64,000 nucleotides of DNA from the human T2T-CHM13v2.0 reference genome, Homo sapiens (GCF_009914755.1 NC_060936.1), one strand, 5' to 3'. Counted from the first letter of the stretch, positions 43,901-60,464 are shown. A program made the numbers and translations. The notes: generated by a model from the letters alone, not told the origin.

Positions 43901-44005
43901 TCTTCTAGGTTCCTGCCAGCCTCATGGCCAGTCCGGGGCTTCGAGCCTCCTCTTCCCTAGTTCATCCTACATGCTCCGGCCACATTTGCCTTTGGTAAAC
44001 TGCAC

Positions 44006-44308
<303 letters not shown>

Positions 44309-44747
44309 CGGTAAACTTTTTATCCTCTTCCTCCTGAACCCATCATCATCTTCATTTCCTTGTCTGTTAAAGTCTGCCTCTGCCTGGCATTAACACCATG
44401 GAATCTAGACTCACATGGCCTTTCCCTTGCATATTCCACCGGCCGGGAGAGGATCTCCCAGATCTGGGGCAATGGGGCTTCTCACTGTCCAAAACGCTCA
44501 AGGCCTTTGCCCCCTGCTGGCATTAATGAAATTAATGGGCTTTTTCTTCCTAATTAGTTCACGTATCTGTGAATATTGCTTATTCCTATGAGACAATACT
44601 CAGCATTTTAACATATTTTAGATGTAAGCCTTAAAGTACCTTGTTTCCATAAATAATTATGACATTAATTTTTTATCACTATGTTACTCAATTCTTTGAA
44701 CCCTTTCTAAGTTATATGCCAAAAATCACATAGCCATCCGTCACTAA

Positions 44748-44882
44748 TTTTTTTTTTTTTTTTTAGGGATGTGGTCTCATTAGGTTGCCCAAGCTGGACT
44801 TGTACTCTTGGCCTCAAGAGGTCCTTCCATCTCAGTCTCCCAAGTAGCTGGGACTACAAGCATGCACCACTACACTCAGCCA
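44748..44882 (-). mobile_element. FLAM-like Alu monomer supplying the exon 2 acceptor
   Basis: poly(T)-ag|ggatgtggtctc...cccaagtagctgggactaca. Confidence 0.85.
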
Positions 44883-45284
44883 AATACTTTCAATAATTTG
44901 CCAGCTGACAACTTGATTGGGTTCTCCTTCAGGTTTGGTAAGGCAATATTTGGAACTCACCTGATTTACTATATATTACACACACACAAATGCACATATA
45001 TATCGATATATAGATACATATGGTTACCCAGTGGTCAGAGTCCCCATCAGACACCAGTATTTGGGATTATTCTTTTGTCTGGTGCCTAGGGTTTTTTTTC
45101 ATACCCCAGTGTTGGTGAGAGGCCTACCTTTCTTCTGAAAGTGGGAGGACAACTATGAAAAAAGCATGGGAAAGGGGATGAGCCTCCACCCACACCTGAC
45201 ACCTTAACAGCTGTACCTTTACAGGCAGGTCAGTTTCTGGAATAGGACATAAAATGTTGAGATTCTGAAGATTCATTCTCTTCA

Positions 45285-45602
45285 AGCCAGCCTCCGCAAA
45301 TTTTTTCTGTAAAGTGTCAGATAGTAAATATTTCAGGCTTTGCCAGCCATATGGTCCTATCCCAACTCTTTAACTCCAACCTTGTAGCAGCCATAGACAA
45401 TATGTAAACAAAAGATTATGGCTATGCTCCAATAAAACTTTAATTATGGACACTTATATTTGAATTTCATGTGTCCCCAAATATTACTTCCCTTTTGATT
45501 TTTCCCCCAACCATTAAAAAATGTAAAAACCATCTTAGCTCCCTGGGGGGTACAGAAACAGGCAGCAGCTTTCGTCCATAAGCCCTAGTGTGCTGACCTC
45601 TA
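45285..45602. mobile_element. MER58B-like hAT element
   Basis: gcaaattttttctgtaaagtgtcagatagtaaatattt...ccaataaaacttt...gctgacctct. Confidence 0.75.
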
Positions 45603-45694
45603 CCAAAGTATTCGTGTCAGCATGCCCCATGGAAAGTCTTCAGGTAACCTCAGGGAATGTGTACTCTCATTTGAAATTACTATCCTGGTTCTCA

Positions 45695-46073
<379 letters not shown>

Positions 46074-46903
46074 TCATACTGATTCAGTTGGTCTGGAGTG
46101 GGATCTGGGCATAAGGTAGTTTTAAAAGTTTCCCAGGTGATTCTAATATGCACCCTGACCTTGGTCCAGTGTCCTAATTGCTGTAGGCTTTGCACACCTC
46201 TCAGGGCACAATGCTGCTTTGTGTTGTAGTTACTGTATTTCATCCAGTCGAAGGTGTCATGATTGTAAGATGAAGTCCCATTTTAGAAATCTTAAAATGT
46301 AAAAAATATAGGTGTCTTGGGTGAAATGTAATTTTGCCTTGTCTACAAGATTGATCCCCCCTGATGGCAAGGAGCCTGGCTTCCTCCCTCCTGTGTTGCT
46401 TTCTCACCATTCACACTTAGCTGAATGTGAGGTGTTCAGTGAATGCTTGCTGAATGCTTATCAACTTTGGGTTGCTTTGTTTATTGCCTGTGCTCTGGAT
46501 TCTTACTTTTCTCTTCACTTCTCTTCCCTGACAGAAGCGCCCTCGAGAAGTGTCTAAAGGAGACAGTTGATAGCCAAACAACAGTTTTGGATTCACTGAC
46601 TGATTATGAAAGAAGCAGTAGACTGGTATCAAGAATCAGTCAGGTAGGAAATGGAGCACTTGGTGGTGTCTTTGGCTATGGGAAAAAGGAAATGCCCACT
46701 GATCCCATTCCTGGAAAATGGGAGAGGAGACAGAATACCCTTCACAATGAGGAAAATGGGATTAGGAATTAGTCTCTGATTGACTGATATTTGTGTCTCC
46801 ATTATCTGAAATCATGCCGTTTGTTTGAATTGTTTTTTCCAATATGTGCGCTGCTGGTGTTAAGTCTGAATGAAGGAAGGGACTGGGAGTCATTTCCTAA
46901 CAT

Positions 46904-47295
46904 TGCTGTGGTTTGAATGTGTCCCCTAAATTTCATGTCTTGGAAACTTAATCCCCAAATTCAAATGTTGATTGGAAGTGGAACCTTTAGGACATAATTA
47001 GGATTAGATAAGGTCATCAGTGTGGGCCCCCACCCCCATGATGGGACTGGTGGCTTTATAAGAAGAGGAAGATAAGAAGGGAAAGAAAGACCTGAGCTGA
47101 CATGCACATGCTTGACCACTTGTCATGTGATGCCCTTTGCCATGTTGTGACACAGCAAGGAGGCCCTCACCAGACGCCAGTGCCATGTTCTTGGACTTCT
47201 CAGCCTCCATATTCATGAACTAAGTAAGTTTTTTTTTCTTTATAAATTATCCAGCATATAGTATTCTGTTAGGTAACAGAAGACAGACTAAGACA
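46904..47295 (+). mobile_element. MST (MaLR) solo LTR hosting LINC00941 exon 4
   Basis: tgctgtggtttgaatgtgtccc...gactaagaca; imperfect TSD aacat/accat. Confidence 0.85.
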
Positions 47296-47361
47296 ACCAT
47301 ACTCCCAGTGCCTAGATTAATACATACACTGTAGATGATTAATACATATGGTTCATATGGT

Positions 47362-47707
<346 letters not shown>

Positions 47708-48184
47708 TGAGATTTACTAAATCTCAAGCGGGGTTTCTGCGTGTGGAAAACTTTTTCACAGTAATGTGTTTTGATTTTTAGTCCCTTAAATTGAGTTGCA
47801 AAATCTAAATCCTAGTTTTTCTCAAGCTTTTAAATTCAACTTAACAAAGCTCATAAGTCCATTCATTACTCTGATAATATTTGTAGAAAATAAAAACAAT
47901 CACTTTTGCTTGTTCTTTGATTCATGTGTTAACTCATAAATGTAACAGGCCAAATCCTTCTTAAATATTTAATACTACTTAGAACTTGATTAATTAAATT
48001 TCCTTAGACATCTCAAATCACATTGAAATTTTCTGTGCCTGCTTCTCTTAAACATTTCAAATGCCAACGACTAGACCTATAAATTTAACATGAAAATTAT
48101 TTATAAGCCTTTAAACAATACCTCAAAAATATATACCTGAAAAATACAATGAATCAAACTGAACAAACTGCAATAGGTTATTAA

Positions 48185-48607
48185 AGTAACAGTCCCCAAT
48201 TTGTTCACATCTTCTTGAGTAATCCTCTCCAACACTGATTCTGAGTTTTTCATTAGAATTGTTTTGGCCAATGGGACAATAGCAAATGTGACATACTGGG
48301 GCTTGTTCTCCCTTGCAGGTTTTTGGAATCCTTAGGCTTCCACGTGTGGAAAGCCTGAGCTAACCTACTGGAGGATGAGCCATCACCTGGAGCAGATTCA
48401 GGCCATCCTAGTTGAAGCCTCCCTAGGCCAAGCAACCGTCCAACTACCAGACATTGACCATTCAGCCTTGAACATTCAGCACAAAGACAAAACAGACCAG
48501 ACCAGAAGAGTCCCACAGAATAGGGGAAACTATTCAGAGAAAACTTAAGCCACTAAGTTTTATGGTGTTTTGTTCTGTAGCAGAAGCATAGGCATACTGA
48601 CAATACA
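48185..48607 (+). mobile_element. MLT1 (G/H-like) LTR supplying the last-exon acceptor
   Basis: ttttggccaatgggacaatagcaaatgtgac...taagccactaagttttatggtg. Confidence 0.7.
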
Positions 48608-48926
48608 AACCGAAATCCTTCTAACGTAGTGGACCTTTTCAGGCCAGCATTTTTTCCTTGAAAACCTGGAGCATGTATCCATCTTATAGCAGAGATCACT
48701 TTCACAATGTTTGGGCTCTTGATTTGAATTGATGATGTAATGAGCCCTCTATCCAGATTGTAACTAATTACTCTGCGAATTGACTGGATTCCACACCCTT
48801 CTAATATTTTACTTTTCCTCTTTTATCAACTCTCATTCTCGCTGCCATGATCAATGGACCAACTATGCTTATAACCACAAATTTTGATATGCTTAAACAA
48901 ATGAACAAATATATTTAATAATTTCT

Positions 48927-49230
<304 letters not shown>

Positions 49231-49967
49231 TGATATAATAAAAATGCCAATACTATACAATTAAATAGTAAAGTGATAAAAAATAGGATAACATGATAAC
49301 CACTAATTAATATATACTACATAATCATCCTTTTCGTGAGTTGAAATGTTCTTTTAGCACACTTTATGGTTTATCCTTTCTGGAATACTATTATATGATC
49401 ATGATTTTTCTCACACTTGTTCCAGTGAAATATACTTTTAGGTGTTTCCTTTGTATTGTTCAAACTGTAATATCTCCAGTGGAAGATTTTTTAAGCTTGT
49501 TCTTGTCTTGTCAGTGTCACCCACATAGTCATAGTCTGAAAGCATTTTGCTTTCTGGAAATAAGATATTATAGGCACCAAGTTATGGAATTATCTACTTT
49601 TCACCAAGCCTTCATTCTTTCAGTGCTGTATTAGAGACCTCATTTAGGGTTCTAAGGGTGCATATCAAATTGTTCCATGAGTCTAAAATGGATAATTCTT
49701 CTGTGGGCCATTTTTAGTGCTAGAGCTAGAAAAGTTATACTTTTAAAAGGTAAATAGCTCACAATGATTTTGCAATATAATTCCCACTTTACCCAATTAT
49801 TAACTGCTGTTTGAATATAAAAATATTTTTAAACTTTTTTATTTACAACATATCTATTTAAATTCAATACAGCATTCCCAAATAAATATAGCAGAAGTGG
49901 GAGTTTCAAGTTACTAAACATGTCAGTCACAATTTATGGAGCCGATTGAAAGATGGAGAAATATTAC

Positions 49968-52190
49968 TGTATTAGTTTCTTCTCACATTGCTATAAAGAA
50001 ATATCTAAGACTGGGTAATTTAAGAAGGAAAGAGGTTTAATTGGATCATGGTTCCACAGGCCATACAGAAAGCATGATGCTGGCATTTTCTCAGCTTCTG
50101 GGGAGGCCTCAGGAAATTTACAATCATGGATGGGAAGGGGAGCAAGCACTTCACATGGCCAGAGCAGAAGGAAGAGAGAGAGGCGGAGGTGCCTCACACT
50201 TTAAAACAACCAGATCTCATGAGAACTCTATCTCTATCATGAGAACAGCACCAAAAGGGGAAATCTGCCCCCATGATCCAATCATCTCCCACCAGGCCCC
50301 ACCTCCAACACTGGGGATTGTAATTGAACATGAGATTTGGGTGGGGACACAGATACAAACCATATCATTCCACTCCTGGCCCCACTCAAATCTCAAGTCC
50401 TTCTCACATTGAGAAATACAATCATGCCTTCCCAACAGTTGCTCAAAGTGTTAACTCATTCCAACATTAACTCAAAAGTCCAAAGTCTCATCTAAGACAA
50501 GACTAGTCTCTTCCATCCATAAGTCTGTAAAATCAAAAAAAAGTAAGTTACTTCCAAGATACAATGGGGATATAGGCATTTGGTAAATATTCCAACTCCA
50601 AAAGGGAGAAATCAACTAAAAGAAAGGGGCTACAGGCCCCACAAAAGTCTGAAATCCAGCAGGGCAGTCGTTAAATCTTAAAGCTTCAAAATAATCTTTG
50701 ACATTATGTCCCACATCCAGGGCACACTTGTGCAAGGGGTGGGCTCCCAAATCCTTGGGCAACTCTGCCCCTGTGGCTTTCCAGGGGTCAGCCCCCATGG
50801 CTGCTCTTAAGGGCTGGCATTGAGTGCTTGCAATTTTTCCAGGCACATGGTGGCAAGCTGTCAGTGGCTCTGCCATTCCAGGGTCTGGAAGATGGTGGCC
50901 TTCTTCTCAACTGCCTATCTATTAGGCAGTTCCCCAGTGGGTACTCTATGTGGGGGCTCCAACCCCACATTTCCCCTCTGCATTGCCCTAGTAGAGGTTC
51001 TCCATGAGGGCTCCACCCCTGCAGCAGGCTTTTACCTGGACATCCAAGTGTTTCCATACATCCTCTGAAATCTAGATGGAGGCTCCCAAGCCTCAATTCT
51101 TGTACTCTGTGCACCTTCAGGCTTAACACCACATGGAAGCTGCCAAAGCTTATGGCTCACACCCTCTGAAGCAGTAGCCGGAGCTGTACCTGGGCCCCTT
51201 TTAGCCATGGCATTCTCAAAGAATGTTGAGAGAGATGGCTGGAGGTGGAGTGGCTGGGATGCAGGGAGCAGTGTTCTAAGGCTACATAAGGCAGCAGGGC
51301 CCTGGGCCCAGCCAAGGAAACTATTCTTCCCTCCTAGGACTCTGGACCCGTGATGGGAGAGGCTGCTGCAAAGGTCTCTGAAATGCCTTGGAACCCTTTT
51401 CTCCATCGTCTTGTCTATCAATATTTGCCTTCCTTTTAGTTATGCAAATTTATGCAGCCTTCTTGAATTCCTCCCCAGAAAATAGGCTTCTCTTTTCTAC
51501 CACATGGCTGGGCTGCAAATTTTCCAAACTTGTACTCTCTGCTTCCCTTTTAAATATAAGTTCCAGTTTCAGATCTTTTCTTTGCTCACACATATGAGTA
51601 TATGTTGTAAGAAGAAGCAGCCAGACCACATCTTGAACATTTCGCTGCTTAGAAATTCCTTCTACCAGATACCCTAAATCATCTCTCTCAAATTTAAAGT
51701 TCCACAGATCCCTAGAGCAAGGGCACAATGCAGTCAGTTTCTTTACTAAATCATAGCAAAAATGACCTGTGCTCCAGTTCCCAATAAGATCCTCATCTCC
51801 ATCTGATACCTCCTCAGCCTGGACTTCATTATCAGCATTTTGGTCACAATAATTTGACAAGTCTCTAGGAAGTTCTAAACTTTCCCTCATCTTCCTGTCT
51901 TTTTCTGAGCCTCCACATTCTTCCAACTTCTGCCAGTTACCCAATTCCAAAGATGCTTCCACATTTTCAGGTATCATTATAGCAACGCCCCACTCGTCAG
52001 TACCAATTTTCTGTATTAGTCTGTTCTCACATTGCTACAAATACCTGAGACTAGGTAAATTTATAAAGAAAAGAGGTTCTGCAGGTTGTATAGGAAGCAT
52101 AATGGCTTCTGCTTCTAGGAAGGCCTCAGGAAACTTACAGTCATGGTGGAAGGCAAAGGAGAAGCAAGGATTTCACATGGCTGGAGCAAT
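49968..52190 (-). mobile_element. MSTA/B MaLR element: 3' LTR 49968-50367, internal 50368-52011, truncated 5' LTR 52012-~52190
   Basis: Two tgtattagt... LTR ends; PPT (rc ggggccaggagtggaa) and PBS-like (rc ttggtactgacgagtgggg). The ORF at 51450-51977 is the decayed MaLR internal ORF. Confidence 0.9.
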
Positions 52191-53224
52191 TACCCAAAGG
52201 GAGAATGCCACCAAATTCTACAAGTGATTAGCTTTTATTTCTAGGAGGCAAAAAACAGGTGGCTTATGCCTGTAATCTCAGCACTTTGGGAGGCCAAGGT
52301 GGGCAGATCAAAAGGTTAGGAGATTGAGATTTATGGAGCTTTTTTTGCCTAAACCACTTACCTTCTTAGCATAGGGACTTTTAAAAATTCTGATTATCAG
52401 AATATGGCTGAGAGATGTCAGAACCATTTTTCTCAAATATGAATTCTTAGCAGGAATAGAAATTGCAATTTTTTAATTTTTAATTTTAAGAGGAATTAGT
52501 GCCAGAGAGAACTATTAAGAAAGGGGTATATCCAGTCTAAGGATTATTAGGCTCAAGTCCATGAATAGGCTCTGGGAAGTTTGTAAACACTTGGAAATTA
52601 TTTGCAAAATGTGTGTGTGAATGTGCTTTACCTTAGAGAGTTCATGAATTTCATTAGATTGTTGAAAGAGTTTTAGTATTAACAAAGGAAAAACAAACCA
52701 CCACCATCACATAACAAAACCACAACAGTGATTTAATCTTTTCACCTAACAATAAGTAAATTGAGGCTCTGATGGCTAAATTAATAGCCTGAGGCTACAC
52801 AGTCAGTGGCAGAGCCCAGGGTAAAGAGAGAACCAGCACAGCCATTGTGGGAGCCGAGGGTAAAGAGAGAGCTAGGTGTTGTACTTAGTAAATAAATCAG
52901 AAATTCCTAACTCTTAGGCTGGAGTTCTTCCTGTTATGTGAAGCCAAAGTAGGGAATCATTAGGTCCAAGAATAGGAATTACATTTATATTTTAATGAAA
53001 AGGTGCAGTAAAATTTAAAGGAAGAGAGAGGGTTGCAGATGACAGAATACAAAGAATGTTGAGAGAGATGAAGCAAGATGAGTCCATAGAATCAGAGGCT
53101 TAGAAGTAATTCCTATTTATGAAAGGGAGTGAGAACAATGTGGTGAGGTGTATAGAGCTATGTGAAAGTGCTTGTCAATAACATGGCTGCAGAATGCTGA
53201 TGGTGGTAATTGAAAAGGAAGTAA

Positions 53225-53575
<351 letters not shown>

Positions 53576-53604
53576 CAGAATATTTCTTAATCAAAATTTC
53601 ACCA

Positions 53605-56535
53605 GGGGTTCCAAAATGGCAGCATAGAATCAAGCTTCTTCCACAGAAAACCAAAAACAAATATATAGCGCTGAGATTATTACCAGCAATATGTCAAACT
53701 TGAATATGAAGATGAGACAGTTCCTGGGGCCACAGAGAAGTGAAAAACTTTGAGAAGATGGTAAGAGAATCAGACTTTCGTGTCCACAATGCCTTTCCTC
53801 CCAGTCTGCTCAGCACCAAGTGTACGGAAAATTTCTCCCTGACTTATAGTTTCCACACTGGAAAAACCGAGGTTGAGGTGGACAACCAGCTTCCCCAGCA
53901 TCTTGGGTTCTCTGGCAGGAGACCCATCCCTGCCTCAACCCAAGGGAAGCATCAGGAGTACCTTGAAAGGAAAACTATTCCTGAGGGCAGCCAGAGACAA
54001 AGGAGGGAAGTGAGACTGCCATCCTCAGCCCTGGAACCTCTGTAACTCAGCGAAATGAGGCACAAATCAGAGTAGCTCTTCAGCAGCACCATGCTGTAGG
54101 AGGTTCATTCAACAGGTTCGTGCTCTGGGCAGAACACCCTAGGCAGCCTTCCTGCACTACTGCGATATTTCATTTGGCATCTCCCCATTTGGGCTGGGAA
54201 GCACTCTGATCATTTACTAGAACTGTAGCAAACCTGGGCTTAAAGTGCCATCTAGTGACAAAAAGAAGGCAGTGACCTAGCAAGGAAAAAAAAGAAGTCA
54301 ACAGATAAATTACAATCTGTAAGCAAACATATCCAATAAAAACCAAAACAAGCCACACCAAGAAGACTGGAATAAAGAGCTAATCCTTAAATGAAAGACA
54401 TAGATGTACATCCACAAGAAACAACAGCAATCAGGGAACCATGACTTTTTCAAACAACCAAACAAGGAACCAGTGACTGATCTTAATAAGATGGCAATAT
54501 GTGAACTCTCTAAGAATTTAAAATAATAGTTTTTTTTTTGTTTTTTTTTTTAGGCAGAGTCTTAATCTGTCACCCAGTCTGGAGTGCAGTGGCGCAATCT
54601 TGGCTCACTGCAACCCCCATCTCTCAGGTTCAAGTGATTCTTGTGCCTCAGCCTCCCAAGTAGCTGAGATTACACGCATGCACCACCACACCTGGTTAAT
54701 TTTTGTATTTTTAGTAGAGATGGGGTTTCACCATCTCGCCCAGGTTCATCTCAAACTCCTGGCCTCAAGTGATCTTCCCACCTCAGACTCCCAATATGCT
54801 GGAATTATTGGCATGAGCCACCATGCCCGGCTCAAAATAATAGTTTTGAGAAAACGCAGTGACCTCCAAGATAACACAGAAAACAAATTTAGAAATTTAT
54901 CAGAGAAATTTAACAAAGAGATTGAAATAATTTTTTAAAAATCAAACAGAAATCTTGGAATTGAGCAATACATTTGCTGGACTAAAAAATTAATTACAGG
55001 CCCTCAACAGCAAAATGCATTGAACAGAGGAAAGAGTCAGTGAGCTTAAAGAGAAGCTATTTAAATATTCACAATTAGAGGACAAAGAAGAAAAAAGAAA
55101 AGAAACAGATCACCTACAAGATACAGAAAATTACCTGAAAAGACAAAATTAAACATCATTGGTATTGAAGAGAGAGTTGAGGAAGGGCGAAGTGTAGAAA
55201 CCTTATTCAAAGAAATAATAGAAAACTTTCCAAAACATGAGAAAAAGATAAATATTCAGGTAGAGGGAAGTAAAAGAACACCAAATATTTTTGACCCAAA
55301 TAAGACTAACCTAAGGTTATATAATCTTCAAACTCTCAAAGGTCAATGACAAACAGAGGATCCTTTCTCTCTTAAGAGAGGATCATAACAGCAGCAAGAG
55401 AAAAGAAACAAATAACATACAAAGGAGCTCTAATTCATCTGGCAAGAGACTTCTCAACAGAAACTGTATAGGCCAAAAAAGAGTGAGATGACACTTTCAA
55501 TGTGCTGAGTGAAAAAAAACAGACATCCAAGAATATTTTATCCAGCAAAGTTATCTTTCAGATATGAAGGAAAGATAAAGTCTTTTCCAGACAAACAAAA
55601 GCTGAGAGAATTCACCACCACCAGACTCATCTTACAAGAAATGCTAAAGGTAATTACTCATTCTGAAAGGAAAAAACATTAATGTAAATAAAGAAAACAT
55701 TTGAAGATACAAAACCCATTGGTAAAATCAAGTATACGGACAAACCCAGAGTAGTCTGATACCATAACTGTGTATTTATATACTTATAAATACTTATAAC
55801 CCTAGTATGAATCCAAAAGACAAACCTATTAAAAACAATAATACCTACAGCAACTTGATAAGAGACAGGCAATATAAAATAAGTAAATTGAGGCAACATA
55901 AAGTCAAAATGTGTGTTGCAGGAGTGGAGTTAAAGTGTAGAGGGTTTTCTTCCTTGTTTGCTCCTATTTTTTGTGTGACCTAAGGTAAGTTGTTATCTCT
56001 TTAAATTCACATGTTACACCTAGGAGATGTTTTTTGTAAGCCTGATGGTAACCACAGTACAAAAACCAACAATAGATTCGCTAAAAATAACAAGTGATCA
56101 ATTAAAACATACTACCAGAGAAAATAACTACAAAGAAAGACAGTAAGAAAAGGAAGAAAGAGAGGAGTTACAAAACAATCAGAAAATAAGAAAGAAAATG
56201 GCACTAATAAGTCCTACCTTTTCAGTAACAACACTGAATGTAAATGGACTCAATTCTATAATTAAAAGGCATAGAGTGGCTGAACAAATAAAGAAATAAG
56301 ACCCAACTATATGCCGCCTATAAGAAACCCACTTCACCTATAGAGACACAAATCAAAGATTGCAAAGAGACAAAGAAGGTCACTACATAATGACAAAGGG
56401 GTCTATTTAGCAAGAGGATATAATAATTATAAATATCTGTGCACTCAACATTGGAGCTTCCAAGTATATAAAACGAACATTACTATCTCTGAAGGTAGAG
56501 ATAGACTACAACACAATAATAGTAGCACATTCGCC
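53605..56535 (+). mobile_element. Old L1M 5' part (5' UTR, decayed ORF1, start of ORF2 endonuclease)
   Basis: ORF1 remnants (AAREKKQITYKG; YPAKLSFRYEGKIKSFPDKQKLREF) at ~55390-55620; EN start ctgaatgtaaatggactcaattc at ~56233. Antisense Alu at 54530-54832 with TSD aaaataatagtttt. Confidence 0.85.
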
Positions 56536-56624
56536 ACAACAGTAGAGCAAAGAAAAAAATTTTCATCTCATGACAAGATGAGAAAACTCATTTCAATATA
56601 TTCAGAAAATCTTTTTTTTTTTGA

Positions 56625-56726
<102 letters not shown>

Positions 56727-57492
56727 TGAGTAGCTGGAATTACAGGCATCCATCACCATACCTGGCTAATTTTTGTATTTTTAGTAGAGACAGGGTTTCA
56801 CCATGTTGGCCAGGCTGGTCTCGAACTTCTGACCTCAGGTGATCTGCCTGCCTCAGCCTCCCAAAGTACTAGGATTACAAGTGAGCCACTGCACCTGGCC
56901 CAGAAAACATATTTGATAAAACAAAAATTTTAAAAATTTTAAAACCCATCAGGTTTATTCATAGGATTCTAAATTTTATATGAAAAAGCAAAGGACTTAA
57001 AATATCCAAGACAGCCTTGGAAAAGGATAATAAAGGTGGGGCACTTACACTATTGGACTTAAGACTTATTCTGAAGTTACAGTAATCAAAACTTTACTGG
57101 AGGTACTGGGATAAAGATAAACAAGTAAGTCAATGGAATAAATAGAGAACTCCCAAACAGATGCATACCATGGCCATTTGGTTCTTGACAAGGTGCCAAA
57201 GCAATCCAATGGGAAAAGAAAATTCTTTAAGAAATAGTTCTGGAACAACTAGGTATCTCTCTACAGAAATAAATGAACCTCTACCCTTGCCTCACACCAT
57301 ACACAAAAATTAATTCAAGTGGAGCATAGAACTAAACATAAAAGTTATAATTATAAAGTCTCCAGATGAAAACAAAAGAATATCTTTGTGAATTGGACAT
57401 AGGTAAAAGTTTGTTAGGATATAAAAAGCAATAAATGATAAATGAAACCTCATAAAAATAAAAAAAAATTCTGTTCTTCAAACACTCTATTA

Positions 57493-57765
<273 letters not shown>

Positions 57766-58379
57766 TTAAAAATAGGCAAAACATTTCAATAGACATTTTA
57801 CAAATTAATATATATGAATGACCAACAAGAACATTAAAAAGTACTTAACATCATTAGTTGTTAGAAAAATACAAATTAAAACCACAATGAAAAACCACTA
57901 CACACCTACCAGAATGACTAAAAATAAAAACACTGAAACACAAAATGTTGGCCAGGATTTGCAACAACCTGAACTTTCATGCACTGTTGGTGGGAATGTT
58001 AAATTGTATAGTTACTTTGAAAAGATCTACCTGTTTCTTAGGAAACTGAATATACATATACCCTGTAACCAAGCTATTACATTTTTAGGTATTTGCCCAA
58101 GAGAAATAAAAAAAATAGTCCACAAAAAGACTTGTACAAAAATGTCTGTAGAAGCTCTATTTATAATAGCCCTGAACTGAAAACAATCCAGGTGTACATC
58201 GGTAGGAAAAACTGTGGCAAATTTATAAAGTAGTACAAACTAATGTTAGATAAAATAGCATGAATAAATCTTGAAAATGCTATTTTGGTGAAAGAAGTAT
58301 AACACAAAAGAGACATACTTTATGATTCCAATTTATGAAGTTAGATCCTTGTAAAACAGGCAGAACTAATCTATGATCT

Positions 58380-58416
58380 TGTATTAGTCAGGGTTTTCCA
58401 GAGGGACAGAACTAAT

Positions 58417-58464
<48 letters not shown>

Positions 58465-58984
58465 TTTATTAGGGAGAATTGGCTCACACAATTACAAAGC
58501 AAAGTCCCATGATAGGCTATCGGCAAGCTGGGGAAGAGAGAAGCTGGTAGTGGTTCAGTCCAAGTCCGAAAGCCTCAAACTGGAGAGGCTGACAGTGCAG
58601 TCTTCAGTCTGTGGGCAAACGACTGAAAGACCCTGGAAAACCAATGGTGCGAGTTCCAGAGTCCAAAAGCCAAAGAACCTGGAGTTTGATGTCCAAGGGC
58701 AGGAGGAGCAGAAGAAGGCATCCAGCACGGGAGAAAGAAGGCAGCCAGAAGACTCAGCAAGCCAGCTTATCCCACCTTCTTCTGCCTGCTTTGTTCTAGC
58801 CACACTGGCAGCCGATTGGATGGTGTCCACCCACATTGAGGGTGGATCTTCCTCTCCCAGTCCACTGACTCAAATGTCAATCTCCTCTAGCAACACGCTC
58901 ACAGACACATCCAGAAACAATGCTTACCAGCTATCTTGGCAACCTTCAATCCAATCAACTTGACAACTAATATTAACCATCACA
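58380..58984 (-). mobile_element. MLT2A-like ERVL LTR with (TG)n at 58419-58462
   Basis: tgtattagtcagggttttccagagggacagaactaatagg...atattaaccatcaca. Confidence 0.88.
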
Positions 58985-59061
58985 GATGACAAAAAGAAAA
59001 TCAGACAGTAGATGCATATAGAGGATAAAGGATTCAGGATTGACTAGGAAGGGTTATTTGT

Positions 59062-59573
<512 letters not shown>

Positions 59574-60464
59574 AGACATGAGGAAACTTTCTAGAGTGAT
59601 TATAAAGTTTTATATATTATAGGGATTTAGGTTGCACAGGTATATATATTTGTAAAAATTCATCTAATGTTACATTAAAAATGTATGTATTTAATTGTAC
59701 ATAAATGTTATCTAAAAAACTATAAACAAATATTGAACTCTAGTTAATGATATGCATGCTGAAGTGCTAAGTGTAGTAATGTCTACAACTTGCTTTGAGA
59801 TGCCTTAAAAAAGTAAGATGGATTAATAGGTGCATAGAGGAATGGATAAAAGGACAGATAAGTGATAGGCAAATATCATAGAATGGTAATGAGAATCTAA
59901 GTGGTGGATATATGGCTGCTCGCTGTACAATTTTTCAACTTTTCTGTTTAAAAATTTTCACAATAAAATGTTGGGGAAAACTCAAGGGAAAAAGGTTCAT
60001 GATGAATAGTGCGATACCAATTTTGTAAAACGTAGGTAAATATACACAAAGGACAACAAAAGTGAAATACATTACAATGGTTAACAGTTGCTATCCAGAA
60101 AAACAATAACAACAAAAGAAACCTCGCAGAATCCCATCAGACAGCAAAAGGGTGAATGATCTTCTTGAAAATTAGGCAGCTACAATTTGTGTAAGAGGTT
60201 GCTTTTAAAACATGAAGCACAGATTTGCAAGGAAAGGCATGGGTTTAAAATGTTCCATTCTATTCAACAAGCCTCATCTTGTTTTTATGTGGCTCAGGGG
60301 GTACCACCCTGGGAGTAGACCCAGCTGTTCTGTTACAATTCAGAATCTCTGAGTTGTTCAATTTCCATGTAGTTGTGTGGTGTGGATGTACCATTAATTA
60401 TTTGATCAGTCCCATATGGATGGACATTGGACTGTTTCCAATATTTTCACTGCTAGTTTTCTTC

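Noticed and set aside
44920-44943. Acceptor-like ttctccttcAG 5 nt before the exon 2 donor (possible 5-nt microexon)
   Set aside because: Short pyrimidine tract; adequately explained as the end of exon 2 without junction data.
51450-51977. 175-aa ORF
   Set aside because: Decayed MaLR internal ORF, broken downstream; no sign of domestication.
57818-58180. 120-aa ORF
   Set aside because: Remnant of the L1 ORF2 C-terminus.
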